A stretch of DNA of 64,000 nt, from NCBI GenBank assembly GCA_964016885.1, contig OZ024742.1:293756001-293820000 (forward strand), read 5' to 3'. The notes beneath the pieces are model-generated. The model saw only the letters and a list, made by a program, of their open reading frames with translations. It was not told where the DNA came from and ran no database searches. Below, in pieces: positions 24,585-39,049 of this stretch. The stretch's first letter is position 1. Each line of letters begins with the position of its first letter. Source of the DNA: Eledone cirrhosa. Lineage: Eukaryota. The translations under genes were made by a program, and so were the position numbers.

Positions 24585-24755
24585 GGTAGTGCTGGTGCCA
24601 CAATACAATACGCCCAGTACAACACTCTGTAAAGTGGTAGTGCTGGTGTCACAATAAAATACACCTAGTACACTCTGTAAAGTAGTAGTGCTGATACCAT
24701 GATAAAATACACCCGGTACACTCTGTAAGGTGGTAGTGCTAATGTCACAATAAAA
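24585..24755. repeat. ~46-50-bp tandem repeat, 4 units
   Basis: GGTAGTGCTGGTGCCACAATAAAATACACCCAGTACACTCTGTAAAGT; a related array lies in the opposite orientation at ~38190-38420. Confidence 0.8.
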
Positions 24756-24759
24756 ACCA

Positions 24760-25370
24760 GAAAAATTGCCATTATGAAGTCTGCTTTTTGTTTCTTTCGC
24801 TCAACAAAAAAAGACCCCTTTCTAGATCACATTGTGGTGTGCCATAAAAAGTAGATCCTCTACAACAACCAACAACGTTCAGTACAGTAGCTAGACTAAG
24901 ATGAATCTCTTAAACACTTTGCAAAGCAGAAGTTACACCAAAAGAAGGTTATGGAGATTGTTTGGTGAATTGAAACCAGATTAATCCGAGTGAAACAATC
25001 AGAGCAGAGAAGTCTGGTGACAGAATTCATAAAATGCCTCAAAAACTACAGTATATTTATCCAGTATTGGTCAATAGAAAAGGCCAAAATCTCTTGCACA
25101 ACACTTGACCATACACTGCACAACCATCACTCCAGATGTTCAATGAATTAGGCTATAAAACTCTGCCTCATCCAGCAGTCTTACCAGATCTTTCACCAAC
25201 CAACTACCACTTGTTCAAGCATTTTAACATCTTACAAGGAAAAGTCTTCAACAACCAAACAGTTACAAAAATGATTTCAAAGAATTCATCACCTTCAGAA
25301 CTTCAGAAGTCTATATCATTGGAATAAATAAATGTGTGTATCATTGGTAAAAATGGATATAGTTCTTATA
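24760..25370 (+). pseudogene. mariner (DD34D) transposase catalytic-domain relic
   Basis: Degenerate PFLDHIVVC..K*ILYNN, KKLHQKKVM...W, NRKG, and LGYKTLPHPAVLPDLSPTNYHLFKHF (the YSPDL.P.DYHLF motif). Confidence 0.85.
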
Positions 25371-27380
25371 TAAAATAATTTTTTAAGTTAAATTGGAACC
25401 CTTTAAAATGGATGGTTTTGTTTCATAGAAACAGGGACAGTTTTGATCGGGTTACTATGAAAAGGGTTAACAAAAGTTTTTACATGAAATCATAATGAAA
25501 GGCTTTTAGATGTAGAGCCAGGGAGTTTGGTTGAAAAGGTTGAATAAGATATCTCTATGATGCAAGCATGACTATATGCTTAACGATTTCACTTTGGCAC
25601 CATGTGGCTTTGTATTTGATCCTACTGCGTAATTGTTTTCTACTATAGACTCTCACAGAATATGCTTTGTGAATGTCTTTGGTAAACAGAAACTGTAATG
25701 CAGATGGGAAAGTAGTGGTGCTGGTGACTGATGTTGTGGTGATGATGATGGTAGTGGTGTTGCTGGTAGCAATGATGATGATGGTGGTGGTGGTAGCAGT
25801 ACTTGTGACAATAATGGGGATGGTGGTGATGATATGATCATGATAATGGTCACCTCTTGGCTGAGTTAAGAATAAATTAACGATCAGACCCTCTTCTAAA
25901 TTTAATGTTTAAATGAGAGAGAAATGGACAGTCTTTGATGGTGTTGACTAAAGCAGAAAGAAGTGGAATTCCATTCTTAGAAATTCTACAGGGAAATTCT
26001 TGAAAGGCAATTCTTAAGATTAATCAATATTTTATTCTTGAAAAACTACTTAAAAGATACCATAGACACACACCTTTACTGGTTATGCTAGCAAACAGTG
26101 ACATCAAGATAAGTAGATAGACAAATATATATACATTTATAGACAAAGACATGGACATGTAGTTATATATATATATAGATGTATAGGGATATGCATGACT
26201 GTGGTTAAGGAGTTCACTGTGTTACCACAACCACATGATTTGGGGTTCAGTTCCACTGTGTGGTACCTTGGGCAAGTATATGCTTTCCTGTCCTAGTTGA
26301 AAGCCACTCCATTGTTTTCCTCTGACTATGTTGTTGCATCTCATATGCATCTTTCTGGCAGCTTGTACAAGCCATTGTGCAACCTGGGCTCAATATTATG
26401 CAATCCCACTCTTATACATGAAATTGCATTGCCCTGGGGGGTGGGTGATGAGGAAGATGGATTGTACGATGTGTTTCATCTTTTCTATGTGCAATCTTAC
26501 TATTTATGTGTGTGTATGTGTGTACCTGTGTGTGTTTGTATGAGTGTTTATGTTTATATACTATAACTTAATGGTTTGTCAAATAGAGATCAGTATACAA
26601 AAAAAAAAAGTTCTGGGCTCAATATTATTGTCCAAAAACTCTTCAAAACAGTGTCCCTTTTTTTTTCCTTTTACCATATTTAAATTCCTCTCATGGTGCT
26701 AGTATTGATGAAGAGAACAAAGTCATATTTGGTGGTAGATTTATCCCATCACCCAGTTTAACACCACTACCTGATCCTTGGGTGCCTTCAGCAGAATTCA
26801 CTCTGTTGCAAGCATTGGAGTCAGGTTTCAGATCTTACAATAACTTCATCTCTTTCTCCCACCAGTCTCAGGTACCTAAAAAAGGATCACAAGATCATAA
26901 AGCCTCCCATACACCCTTAGTTATGAATACTGTAGTAAGGAATTGTAGAACTAGGATGAAGATGTGTAACTAAGTACAGAACCATGCAGTAGAATTACTG
27001 GCACTCTGCACTAAAAGTATTGTTATCCTAAATGTAGGCTACATCAACTTTCATCCATAGCCCCTGCCTCCTTAGACTACAACATATGGTATCTATAAAT
27101 ATCTATATTTTAGGTCAACAAACAAAAAGAAAAGACATTTTTTGTCTACTTTCTCCCCTTCTACCCATATTAAAACAAATATATGTCATCAAACCTAAAC
27201 TACATAATATCTAAATTACCCTTCACAAGATTTATGATAGTCCATCAGTTTAAAACCAGATAATACGGGCAAATTTGACTGTGGTGAAAGAGTTAGCTTC
27301 ATAACCATGTGGTTTTAGCTTGGATCCTATTGTATGGCATGTTATGGCATCTTCTCCTATAGCTTCGAGCTTACCAATAC

Positions 27381-27578
27381 CTTCTTCTTCACCCACTTAT
27401 TCCTGTGAGAGTCGTGGGGGCAGGGTCTTCAAACAATCTTTTCAGTGGATCCTGTCAGAAGCAACCATTTCCAACTGATCCAGCTGGATCTCCAAGTGAG
27501 ACAAGCCGAGCTCATGGATGTTATCCAACCATCTTGTTCAGAGTCTGCTCATGAGTCTCCTGCCAGTTGGTTTTGCTT
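27381..27578 (-). mobile_element. RTE LINE 3' fragment (family 2)
   Basis: CTTCTTCTTCACCCACTTATTCC...GGATGTTATCCAACCATCTTG is the reverse complement of the family-2 tail. Confidence 0.8.
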
Positions 27579-28181
27579 TGACTAATACCTTGTGAATAAA
27601 ATTTAGTAAGTATAAATTGTGCAAAAGTCTGTCGTGCATATGTGCAAAAGTATTCATTTTAAAAAGCAACTGGTGATGTTTGTTTATGTTCTTCAGTTTA
27701 ACATAACAGATTAGGACCATTGGAAAAAGTACTGTACTTAAAAATAAGAGTTGGCATCAGGTAGAGTATCTGGAAATAGAATAATGCCTCAGAAAATCTC
27801 GCCCAGCCCATGCCAACATGGAAATAACATGTAAAAACGGTTGTGATGATGATGATGGTGAATTTGCATAAATTCACCTCTCTCAAAAATAGATACAAAC
27901 TAATTCTTCACTAACTTAGAGTGAAATTTAACCATAGTGCTAATGCCAAAATAAAATACTCCTAATACATTGTGCCAAAACAGAACATATAAGCATGGTG
28001 TAGGCCTCAGACCTGTCTAGTCTAGGCTAGTGACAACCCACTCACACCAGCATGAAAAATGGATTTATGACAATGATGATGGTGGTGATGATGATGATTA
28101 GCTTTCAGATTTTCTTCAGTATTTTATAACAAAAACAGATTTTTATGCATTTTATTTAATCTAACAGGATTACAGATTTAA

Positions 28182-28396
28182 CCCTTTAGCATTGAAACCG
28201 GCTGTACCTGGCCAGAATTCTCTCACCTCTTTCTGTTCAAACTGGCTGTAACTGGCCGTTCATACTGATGTTAAAGTATTGTTCTCAAAATAAATATCAA
28301 AATCTCAGATTCGATATAATGCGAGATAATTATGTGAGGTAAAACCTTACTGTGAAAATACAATAGTAAATATAGAGTAATGTAAATGCTGAAGGG
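28182..28396. mobile_element. piggyBac-like MITE family A, complete
   Basis: TTAA|CCCTTTAGCATT...AATGCTGAAGGG|TTAA. Confidence 0.85.
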
Positions 28397-28475
28397 TTAA
28401 AGCAATTGAATCACTGAAATTCTAAATTTTCTCACTGTTGCAATCTAGTAAAATCTAACTTATTCGTTGCATTAA

Positions 28476-28959
28476 CCCTCTTATCACATTATATTCTAAT
28501 GAAATATACGACACATGATTTTTATATAATTTTGAAAATAGTCAGGAATTTGGAGGGATTTATTAACTAACTTTCTCATTATTAACCCTTTCATGACTGC
28601 ATTTCTAATAAAATACATTCTATTTTAATTGATTAAAGACGAATTTTGAGGGATATACTAAAATTACTAATTATTTCATTACTAAGATTGTAACTTAATG
28701 TAAGGTTCTTATATAAAATTATGCTGGAAGACTTTAATTTAAATTGGAAACCTTTAAAATGGGTGGTTTTATTTCATAGAACCAGAACCACTTTTAGCTG
28801 GGTTGGTAACTAAAGGGTTAAAATGGTGTTTGAAACATAAAAGTTCTTACATAAATTTATAATGGAAAGTTGTTTTTAGATATAAACACTTTAACCCTTT
28901 CATTATAATGTATCTAATATTTAAGATCAGTGATTTCAAGTGGTTTGGTATCAAAATGG
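28476..28959 (+). mobile_element. piggyBac-like MITE family B with a related MITE nested at an internal TTAA (28586-28817)
   Basis: Outer copy breaks at CATTATTAA, inner copy runs CCCTTT...AAAGGG|TTAA, and the outer copy resumes at TGGTGTTTGAAACATAA. Confidence 0.7.
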
Positions 28960-29261
28960 TTAAATAGTTGATGATGATCACCTATATAGATATTATTTCT
29001 CAATTTAGAAATTAACAGAAATGTCACCGTTTTGCAGATGAATTTAACATTTGCACAACATTATCATTTGCCTGACATTAGTCTACAAATTAGTTTATTT
29101 TATAAATCACTATTATCACTGCCACCATCACTGCCGCCCCATCTCGGTTATTGCCACCATTATTGCTGTTTTTACACCCACTTTTCCATACTGGCATGTG
29201 TTAGACAAGACTGTTTATATGGGGCATAAACATCACTGGATACACAAGCAGTCTCAAAGTG

Positions 29262-29313
<52 letters not shown>

Positions 29314-30388
29314 CATATGTAATAAAAACCATCAATTTCCTAAACCTAACATAAATAGATCTAACTCAACCCAAAGTTATCCACAAAGAAAATCAAATGC
29401 AACAACAAGTCCCAACAATAAACTTAAAGCCAGAGACCTACCAACGAGGAGCTCAGTTCACACAGTATCAAGGTATGACATACATATAATTAAGATCATT
29501 AATTGTTAAATCTGAACATAAATACTTTTAGAATAATCAAAATCTATCCAGGAATTCAAGCCAACACGTCCAATAAACCACTTATGTCAGAGATGGGGAA
29601 CCTGGGGCCTTCTGTCCCATTCTGTGTGGCCTTTTGAAAGAATCAAAAATTTCTAAGAAATTTTTTTTTTATTAATGTGTTTTTGTCTAACTCTTCATTA
29701 AATATAAACCACTTATTGCTGCAAATCTACATTCTCCTACCTAACCCAAATCAAGAAGTCTTTGAAATCACAATCTAGTGGTTCAGTTGAAACTTTGGTC
29801 CTCCACATTGCAACCAAATATCAAAAGGTTTTCCTACAAGTAGTCAGAACAAAGTCATCAATTCTGGCCGGATACAGCAGGTTTAAAGCTTCAAGTAGAT
29901 TTTTACAAATAAACACATCTCCTGCTGGCATACCCCATCACTCAATTAACTAAAAAAACGAATAATTTCCAGGTGTTTTGAAGGCTATATTTATTCAAAA
30001 CACATCAAAAACAAATTTCATGTCGAAAGTGAAACCGGTAATATTCACCTCCAAAGCGAAAATATTTTAGCACCTTATTTACATAGAATTTGAAGTTGGT
30101 GAAAACTGACAAAATATTGACCTCGAATATAAGCCAACATATTTTGTCATATTTCTCAGCTTATATATGATGGCTTCTGCACAGTTTTTCTCTTCCAAAT
30201 TTCCTGTATAATTCAGAGCTATTGTAGAAGACACTTGCCTAAGGTGCCATGAAGTGAAATTAAAACAAAGTATGTAGTTGTGAAGCAAACTTCTAAACCA
30301 TACTATCATCATCATCACCATTTTGCATCCGCTTTTTCCTGCTTACAAAATACAAATGCGCACAAAATTCAAATATTATAAAATATGC

Positions 30389-30419
<31 letters not shown>

Positions 30420-32764
30420 ATTATTTTTCTAGCATATATAATTATTTTTCTAGTAAGTCTAACTATATAAACACACATAAACCACCATTTCATGAATTAT
30501 AAAAACAAGTGAACATTTCTATAAGAATATAAATAAATGGGTCTAAATACATAAAATATAACAAAAATATATACTTTAACATTATATAAACTTTATACAG
30601 AGTCAAATCGTTGGTAAAACTCACTAAAACAATATTCACACTGTTGACACAAAATTTGATATACAAAAGTATTTTCTCCTCATAGCCCCCCACCTTTCTC
30701 ATATCCCAGTCTTGAGCAATGTGATACTGTTGATAAAGGTAATGATTTCTTTTCTATTGGAACAAGGCTACTGCAAATTTGTAGTCAAAAGATATGGCTG
30801 ATTAAATCAACCTTCCGATATAATAACTGAGTGGTTCTATAAAAAATGCACCCAGAACACCCTTAAGATAGTTTGTGATAGGAAGGACATCCAGCTGTAG
30901 AACCCATGCCAAAAAAAAAGGGTTGAAAGGACTCTTCAGTTTTTAGTTGTGTCAGGGACACAAGAACCTCTCCAGTATACTCTGTAAAGTAGTTGGTAGT
31001 AAGGGCAACTATCCATAGAAATCTTTCCAAACAAAAGGTTAAGGACTTTTCAGTTGTCACAAAGATATGACAACCTCATTTGCCACAATAAAAAACATCC
31101 AGTGCACTCTAGATTGCAGGAATGTATGTAGATCTGTGATGACCTGTCCAACCCTTGTTAACAGGGAAAAACAGGCATTAAATGATGCCGAGAATGATGC
31201 TATTTTATACACAGAAAAATACATTTAACACAAAATTTGATATCCAAAAGTATTTTCTTATCTATTTTACATACAGAAGAATCCTAGACACTAAATTTGA
31301 TATGTTAAACTATTTTCTCCTCAAACAATCTATTTTATTTGCAGAGAGAGAAAAATGATTATTACAGGACAAAGATGTAATTCCTAGACTGCTATAGGTC
31401 TGTAACTGATACCTCTATAGTATATAATGGTAATTTCAGTCTCTCTATTTTCTCTCTCTCTTTCACACACACACACAAACACTGAAACTGGAGACATTAG
31501 TAAGTTAGTGACAATATAAAAGAGGTCAGAGAAAGAAAAATATAAAAATAATTTATTTCTAAGACCTCAGAGAAAGAAAGACAAACAGGTTAACCCTTCC
31601 AGTACCATATTTCTAATGTAAGATACTGTCTATAATTTTCAATTAATTTTGAAAATATTCAAGAATTTGAAGGGATTTAGTAATATAACTTTCCCATTAT
31701 TTATATGTTTGAAACAAAAGTTCTTACATAGAATTATGATGGAAGGTCTTTTTAGAAAAATATATACACTTGGAAACAAACAATTTTGAATCAAGGGTGG
31801 TTTGTCCATGCCTGGGATTTATTTATTCATTTAATCAATTTAAACGTCCGTATAGAGCTAGTAAGACTTGAGTCTAGGGAAAGTATTAAGTACTCCTTAC
31901 AGTAGGTAATCAAAAGTAAGACAAGTAATAAAAAAAATTAAAAAGAAAAAAAAACAATTTTTTCTTTTAATTCAAACATTGGAGGCCAGTGAGAGGCAGA
32001 TTATAATCATCATCATCATCATCGTCATTTAACGAGTAATGATTATGAAAACGGGGGGGAAAAAAGAAAATAGGAAAGAAAGGATGTTGTAAAACAGCTA
32101 GAAGTTTCTGTTGAATCTTTGTAGCTTCCATATTCTCATATTGGTTATTAGTTGTTGTTCTGCTTAAACTAGGAATTACCCAGCAAGTAAACTAGCACAC
32201 ATAACACTTAACCAACGGATGATGCTACTGGATAATGCGAGTGTCTCAAGAAAACCAAACTGTTTTATGGTCTTAAGATTAATGTTTTCTTTCTTAATTA
32301 ATAACTCCCATATGCTAGGTCTACTGAGGAGGTTATTGGAGCCAAGCAAATTTTGTTCCATTTACTTTTGTTGCTGTTGTTTTTTCTATCTGTAAAATGG
32401 CAACTGATACTATTCCACTACATCAAGAATTGTGTCAATGGCCAAATCATAAGACTGGAGTGAAACTTAGACACTTTATAATATATGGTATTATGAAAAA
32501 AAAGGATAAATAGAAGTTACAGAAACTGTGTGTGTGTGCGTGTGAATGTGTGTGTGTGCGCGCGCGCGCATGTTTTAAATGTCTTCTACGGTGTAATTAT
32601 TTCAATAACTTGCCAGACAAGCTAAACTCAGAAATATATTCTTTTACTGGTTTCAGTCATTGGACTGCAGCCATATTAGAGGTACCATATTAATGGGATT
32701 TTTTAATCAAACATATTGACCCCAATAATTATTTTTTCAACTTTTTTGTAAAACAGCTAATTAA

Positions 32765-32925
32765 CCCTTTACTCTCACATATTATGGAATCTATGGGATT
32801 TTGATGGTGTTATTTATTTTGAGAACAATACCATAATGTCAGTTTTAGTGGACGGTTATGGCTAGTTAGAACAGAAAGGGGTAAGAGAATTCTGGCTGGA
32901 TATGGCCGGTTAAAATGTTAAAGGG
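32765..32925. mobile_element. piggyBac-like MITE family A, deleted and diverged
   Basis: TTAA|CCCTTTA...GAGAATTCTGGCTGGATATGGCCGG...TAAAGGG|TTAA. Confidence 0.7.
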
Positions 32926-33314
32926 TTAATGGAACATAAAGACAAACATACATGTGTTTAATATTGCTAATCGTGAGAATGAGTACTAAATAACATAGTA
33001 TAGATTAAAGGTTTATAAGATCACACACACAAAGAATCTGTCTACCAAATCAACAAATTTCACTCAAGGCATTGATCAATCAAATTTTATAGTAGAACAC
33101 ACTAGCCAAAGGTGCCACTCAGTGTGAATGAACTTGAAGCCTCACAGTTGGGAAGCAAACTCCTTAACTACCTGTGCCTCTATCATACATAAGGTAGAAC
33201 AATTGAATTGAATGCTACCTGCTCCTGTGTTTGAATGAAACATGTGTAAATCAATTAAATAATGTTTTAAACCTTGGTTATTTATTTATCCATTATATAT
33301 ATATATATATGTAG

Positions 33315-33491
33315 TGCCATATTTCCCAGGATCTAAGACTCCAACATCATGGACACAGCCCCATTTCACTTAAATTTTCCATAAAATATAATATATCAAT
33401 TTCTAATGTAACTTTCTGTCTCCAAGATACAGCAAATTTTAAAGGTTTTTTTGTTTGGGGGGTTACAGCATCTATGTTGGGAAATATGGTA
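33315..33491. mobile_element. Tc1/pogo (Tigger-like) MITE
   Basis: TIRs TGCCATATTTCCC / GGGAAATATGGTA. Confidence 0.55.
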
Positions 33492-34399
33492 CTTTTTATT
33501 GGGGTTTAATAAAAGACATCCATAATATAGAAATATATTCTACTTCACATTAGATTTGTTATGTTGTTACAATTCACACCTATGTAAGTTTAGCTGGCCT
33601 CAGTGGCTGGTTGCATTTCATTGGAGGTTTCTCGGGTGAATTAATGATAGATAGCAAGGAGGTGGAGCATGAATTCAAACACAAAGAGACGGAAAGGTTA
33701 CCACAAGGTATCTGATGGTCTACAATTCCTCCAATCTACCTCAAAAGGATGAAATGCAAAGTTGACTTTGTTTGGATTTGAACTAACAACAGGAGCCAGA
33801 ACAAATATCTATGGCTCTCTGCCAATTTGCTGGCTCTCTGCTAATACACCACTGGTAGGGAAAATGGGGTATGAAATAAATAGATATGGTGTAAGACAGG
33901 TGGAAATTAACAAAGTCAATGACAATTTGTAAAAAGATAAATACTGAAGACCTACTACATCCTACCTAGGTTATCAAGGAAATAACATTTTATCTGTTAT
34001 AATGAAAAGAATTTCATTAGTTTGTGATACAAACTGTCTTTGGCTTATTTCATTTTCTGATATCAAATCCCACTGTGGCCTATTTCAGTTGGAAATTTAA
34101 TCTGCAGCATAGTTTAACACCAACACTTAGCATTTGAATGCCCTTGTCAGAGTCCACTCAGTTGCAAGCATCTGGATCAAATCTCCAATTTGAGGATACC
34201 ATCCTCCATACCTCCCACAACTCATTGGGAGCCTGAAAATGATAATGGGCACAGTTCTTCCCCACTTCTTTGACTAAACAGTAAAAAATATATAACAAAA
34301 GACAGTTGATGGGGGTGGAGTTATCAAAGACAATGATAAGGTTGTAGAAAGATAAGTTAGAATCAACAGTCTTTTTCTTCACTACAACCTACCTACATT

Positions 34400-35260
34400 A
34401 TCATTATCATCATTGTTTAACATCTATTTTTCACTTTCACGTTAGCATGAGTTAGATGGGTTGTCCCATTTGAGACAAGCCAAATCAGATGACCGTGTCT
34501 TGCTCACACAGAACTGTTTCTGGCTTGGTTTCTATGGTTGGATGCCCTTCCTAATGCCAACCACATTTACAGTGTGGCCTGGGTGCTTTTTGTCATAGAA
34601 CCAACACTCTCGATGGAGCCCAAGCTACGAATTGGCAGAGTTGTTAGAGTGTTGGACAAAATGTTTTGTGTCATTTGTTTTGGGTCTTTGTCTTCAAATC
34701 CTGTTCTGGCCTACTTGGATCATCATCACCACCACCGTTTAACATCCATTTTTCCATGTTAGCATGGATTAGATGAATTATCCCACTGTGAGACAAACCA
34801 GATCAGATAACTGTGTCTTGCTTATACAGAACTGTTTTGGGTTTGGTTTCTACAGTTGGATGCTCTTCCTAATAGTGTGGACTGGGTGCTTTTTGCCGTG
34901 ACACCTACACAACCATTTTACAGTGTGGGCTGGGTGCTTTTTGTTTTGACACCTACATGACCACTTAACAGTGTATGGTAATCTTAATCTCTCAGCCTTA
35001 CATGTGGAGACACACAAACACACACATTATCCTCACCACCATGTTACGTTTGTTTTCCGTGCTGGCATGGGTTGGACGGGTAGTCACGTTCTGAGACTAG
35101 ACATGTCAGAGGACCATGTTCTTTTCAAACACTCCAGTTTGGTATGCTTTCCATGGCTGGTTGTCTTTTCCAATTCTAACTACTTTACAGTGGGTACTAG
35201 GTGCATTTTATTGTGGCACTGGCACTAACACTTAACAGACTGAACTGGGTGCATTTTACA
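34400..35260 (-). mobile_element. Three adjacent copies of the RTE family-1 3' UTR (short LINE tails or SINE tails)
   Basis: CATCAT..GTTTAACATCC...CATGTTAGCATGG...GGTTTCTACAG.TGGATGC.CTTCCTAA matches 7259-7520. Confidence 0.7.
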
Positions 35261-36003
35261 CACACACACACACACGATGGGCCTCTATACATTTTTGCTT
35301 TCCAAATTTCACACACATGTGATTGGTTGTACTGAGGATATAGTAGAAAACACTTGCGCAAGGTACCACCACATGGTTACCAAATGAACCTTAACCACTC
35401 AACCATAAAAAAGAATTGATGTTTTACAACCAACCATCATCATCAGTTTACCTTCAATTGGAACGGGCACAAACACAGATACATACATAGAGAGAAAGAG
35501 AGAGAGAGAGAGACACACAAATACACAAAGAAAGATGTACACACACGTGCATAGAAACTCAGACGCACAGAGATAATACACAGATACACAAAAATACACA
35601 AAGAAAGACGTACACACACACACAACACACACTTGCAGAGAGATACACACAAAGAAAGACATGTACACACAGAGATAATCATACACACATGCGCACAGAA
35701 ACACACACACACAGAGATACTCATACACAGAGAGATACACACAAACACACAAAGAAAGACATGTACACACACGTGCACAGAAACACACACACATACAGTT
35801 TTTCTCAAAGCAGGCAAATTGTCCAGCTCTGCATCAGTGATTTCCCTCCATTTTGTTTTATTCTCTCAACTACTTTCATTATTCTGTAGTTTCATTATAA
35901 AAAGGAAAATAAAAGAATAAAATATGTAAAACTTTTCTGTGTGGACATTTGATTCATCCTTTCTTCTCATCACTTCAACCATTGATTGGGTCTTGGTGGA
36001 TAA

Positions 36004-36135
36004 ACAGCTACTATAACAACAGCTACAACAACTGCTGCTGCTGCTACAACAACAGTTACAACAACTGCAGCTACAACAACTGTTACAACAACTGCAGCTA
36101 CAACAACTGCTGCAGCAGCAGCTACAACTACAACC
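36004..36135. repeat. (ACA/GCT/GCA)n trinucleotide-derived repeat
   Basis: Low-complexity tract; source of the Cys-rich and Thr/Ala-rich pseudo-ORFs. Confidence 0.85.
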
Positions 36136-36443
36136 ATTAATTACAAAGTCTGCTTGGTCAGCATTAACACTGACAACAACCACCATTTACAGACAGTAAA
36201 ATGCTGACAAATCCCAAGTCACAAAGTTTCTTATGAGAACAAAAAATATGTTGCAGATGTTAGTATGTAAGCTACATTTAGAGGTTATCTTATCATATAC
36301 TGAGCCACAGTCAACTTTGCCTTTCATTCTTTCAGGGTCAATAACAGTAAGAATCTAGGGTGGTGGATTGGTGCAATTGCTAGGGCAAATACCTCTGTGG
36401 TCTACTTGTGTAATACCATCACCTGATCTTTATGTACCTGTAA

Positions 36444-36664
36444 CCCTTTAGCATTTACATTACTCTATATTTACTATTGTATTTTCATGGTAAAGGCTTT
36501 ACCTCACATAATTATATCACATAATATCAAAGTTATGAGATTTTGATATTATTTATTTTGAGAACAATACCTTAACATCAATATGAGTGGCCAGTTGCAG
36601 CCAGTTTGAACAGAGAGAGGCGAGAGAAATCTAGCCAGATACGGCTGGTTTAAAAGCTAAAGGA
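36444..36664. mobile_element. piggyBac-like MITE family A
   Basis: CCCTTTAGCATTTACATTACTCTAT...GGTTTAAAAGCTAAAGGA. Confidence 0.8.
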
Positions 36665-36800
36665 TCAACAGACTCCACTTCGTTGCAAGGATTAGGGTTG
36701 AAAAAAAGGGTCTTGGACACTGCCCTTTCTCTTGACCTAGTTATTGTTTTTATAGCTCACACATGTACAACATTAGCCATATGTTTCTTTGATGTTCTAA

Positions 36801-37046
36801 CCCTTTCGATATCAACACACCTGAAACACTAGGTTCTAAATACAAAACTGCTTATTTTTAAAGTGTTTAGATTTATCTAAAAACTTTCCCATCATAATTT
36901 TATGAATGAAGTTAAGTTCCAAACTGCAGCTTAAAATGAAAGGAATTTAGTTATATTATTAAATCCCTCAAAATTCTTGTTTATTTTCAAAAATTATTTG
37001 AAAATTATAGTTAGAGTCTTTCATTAGAAACATGGTAATGAAAGGA
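36801..37046 (-). mobile_element. piggyBac-like MITE family B
   Basis: Reverse complement of the family-B consensus (CCCTTTCGATATCAA...CCTGAAAC...TTATTTTCAAAA...GAAAGGA|TTAA). Other copies at ~14150, 22390-22835, 31590, 42985, 55810-56040. Confidence 0.7.
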
Positions 37047-37532
37047 TTAATGGTAGGTGCTCCATGTCCTATCATATTTCTTTTCACTAAGCAATTCAAA
37101 AAAATCTCTCACCAACAAAATTTGGCAACATTTCTAAAGATAAGATATATTCCACTTGAAACCTTGACTTTCTACAAAGCTTAAGAATGTGTTACTACAC
37201 AGTTCTACACAGTTCTACTATTCATATAGTTGATATGATATATCTCATTGAATCACTTATCATAAAACACATTCAGAAAAAAGACATCTGCTAAAGCTTA
37301 CCTTTACTGAATATTCTCAGCCTCTTTCACCCTAATATCATGTTGGTTTATCACTGCCATATTTTACATTTATAACACTGCTCTTCAGAACTCCCTAACT
37401 TTGAAATCTTACTACTACAGCTCTAACTAAACCAACAGACACTCCAACATTCTTACAACTCATTCTCATAAATTCATATACTCTTTAAACTTCACTTGTA
37501 TATAAAGTCACACCTTTTGCTCCACATAACAC

Positions 37533-37623
37533 ACACAGCATGTCCCAAAAAGATGTATACATCATTCTAATAAATATTGCCTGTACAGGTAATCAAAGTG
37601 TGTATGCATTTTTTGAAACACCT

Positions 37624-37627
<4 letters not shown>
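37533..37627. mobile_element. Short Tc1/mariner-type MITE
   Basis: CAGCATGTCCCAAAAAGATGTATACA / TGTATGCATTTTTTGAAACACCTTG|TA imperfect TIRs. Confidence 0.5.
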
Positions 37628-37661
<34 letters not shown>

Positions 37662-39049
37662 CTTTATATTGAATAATAATATTTGAAACAGGTGGGGGAG
37701 GGCAGTTTAAGGTGCTTTGGTATCAAGTTTTAAAACAGTATTTTGTGATATCTTGACTCATTTTACTTTTTTCTTTTTGAGCACAAATAATATTCATTTG
37801 TAGTTATATTCTGGTGGTGTCAATGTTTCCTCTCAATTTTCTTATCTTCTGCGTTTCTTTGTGTTACAAAGTTGATTGTGGTTGAAAGAAAATATTTTAA
37901 AACTTGTTAAATACTCTGATCTTTTCCAAGACAAAAAAGTCTGAGGTGTGTAGAAAATGTATGTCTGTGTATAATATAAATTTATTAGGTTTAAAATTAA
38001 CTTCTAATTGTTGTAACTGAAAGTGGATTAACATTAGAATTCTTATTATCCTACATCTGCATTTCAAGCAGAAATGAGTTAGATGGGTTGTCAAGGTCTA
38101 AGACTAAACAGGTTGAAGAGACCTCATCTTGCTCATATGTTCCATGTTAGGTACGGCCTCTATGGCTGGTTTCCTTCTTAGCGCTTTAAAAAGTGTACCA
38201 GGTATATTTTATCATGGCAACAGCATTACCACTTTACAGAATGTACTGGATGTATTTATTGACATATAAATACTAACACTTTACTGGGTACATGGCAACA
38301 ACATTACCACTTAACAGGGTGTACTGGGTGCATTTTATCATGGCAACAGCATTACCACTTTACAGGGTGTACTGAGTGCATTTTATCATGGCAACAGCAT
38401 TACCACTTTACAGGGTGCATTCTATGTTTTATCTAATGGACTTAAGATTTACATTATGAACTATATCACTATCTATCCTCGCTAGTACATTTCTTGTTCC
38501 GTCTTGTGATTATTCTGATGTCACGAAAAACTAACTTATGCTGTGTGGTGTATTCTTCTCCAGAGAAGGACTTAGAATTCATAGCCATCTACCTAACATG
38601 TTTTCTAACAAGTAAAATTTAAATCTGGATTGAATGTTCACCTGTTTTGTAGGTGATCAGGTGGCTGACCAGAGTTTGCTTGTGTTAGTACTGCCAATAT
38701 TGAGTTCATTTGCATCACAGAGCTTTAGGGGCTTTGCTCCCTCTTCATTTCTTGAGCCATAAACAAAACCACCATTTACTCCAGTGTAACCATTCTGCTG
38801 CTACCCAACATGTCTACCGGTCACCAGTTATGATGAAGTTGTCTGTAGATGTGTCACAGAGAAACAGTCTTTTAGCTCCTTGCTTAGTTATACTTGTGGT
38901 GCATAGCTAGAGAAAATTTTTCATTGTTTTGCAATCTGAGCTTGATAATTATACAGAGGATTTGTCAATAAAGTAATAGAATTTAGTGGGGAATTAAATG
39001 TGCAGGAAAATGTTCATCAAGGCTCTGTCTACTGCTCACTCCTGTTTAT

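Noticed and set aside
35866-36186. Cys-rich metallothionein-like ORF (or a Thr/Ala mucin-like frame on the plus strand)
   Set aside because: Trinucleotide repeat; no MT-type Lys/Gly spacing, and the plus-strand Thr/Ala frame has a stop immediately upstream and no convincing splice sites.
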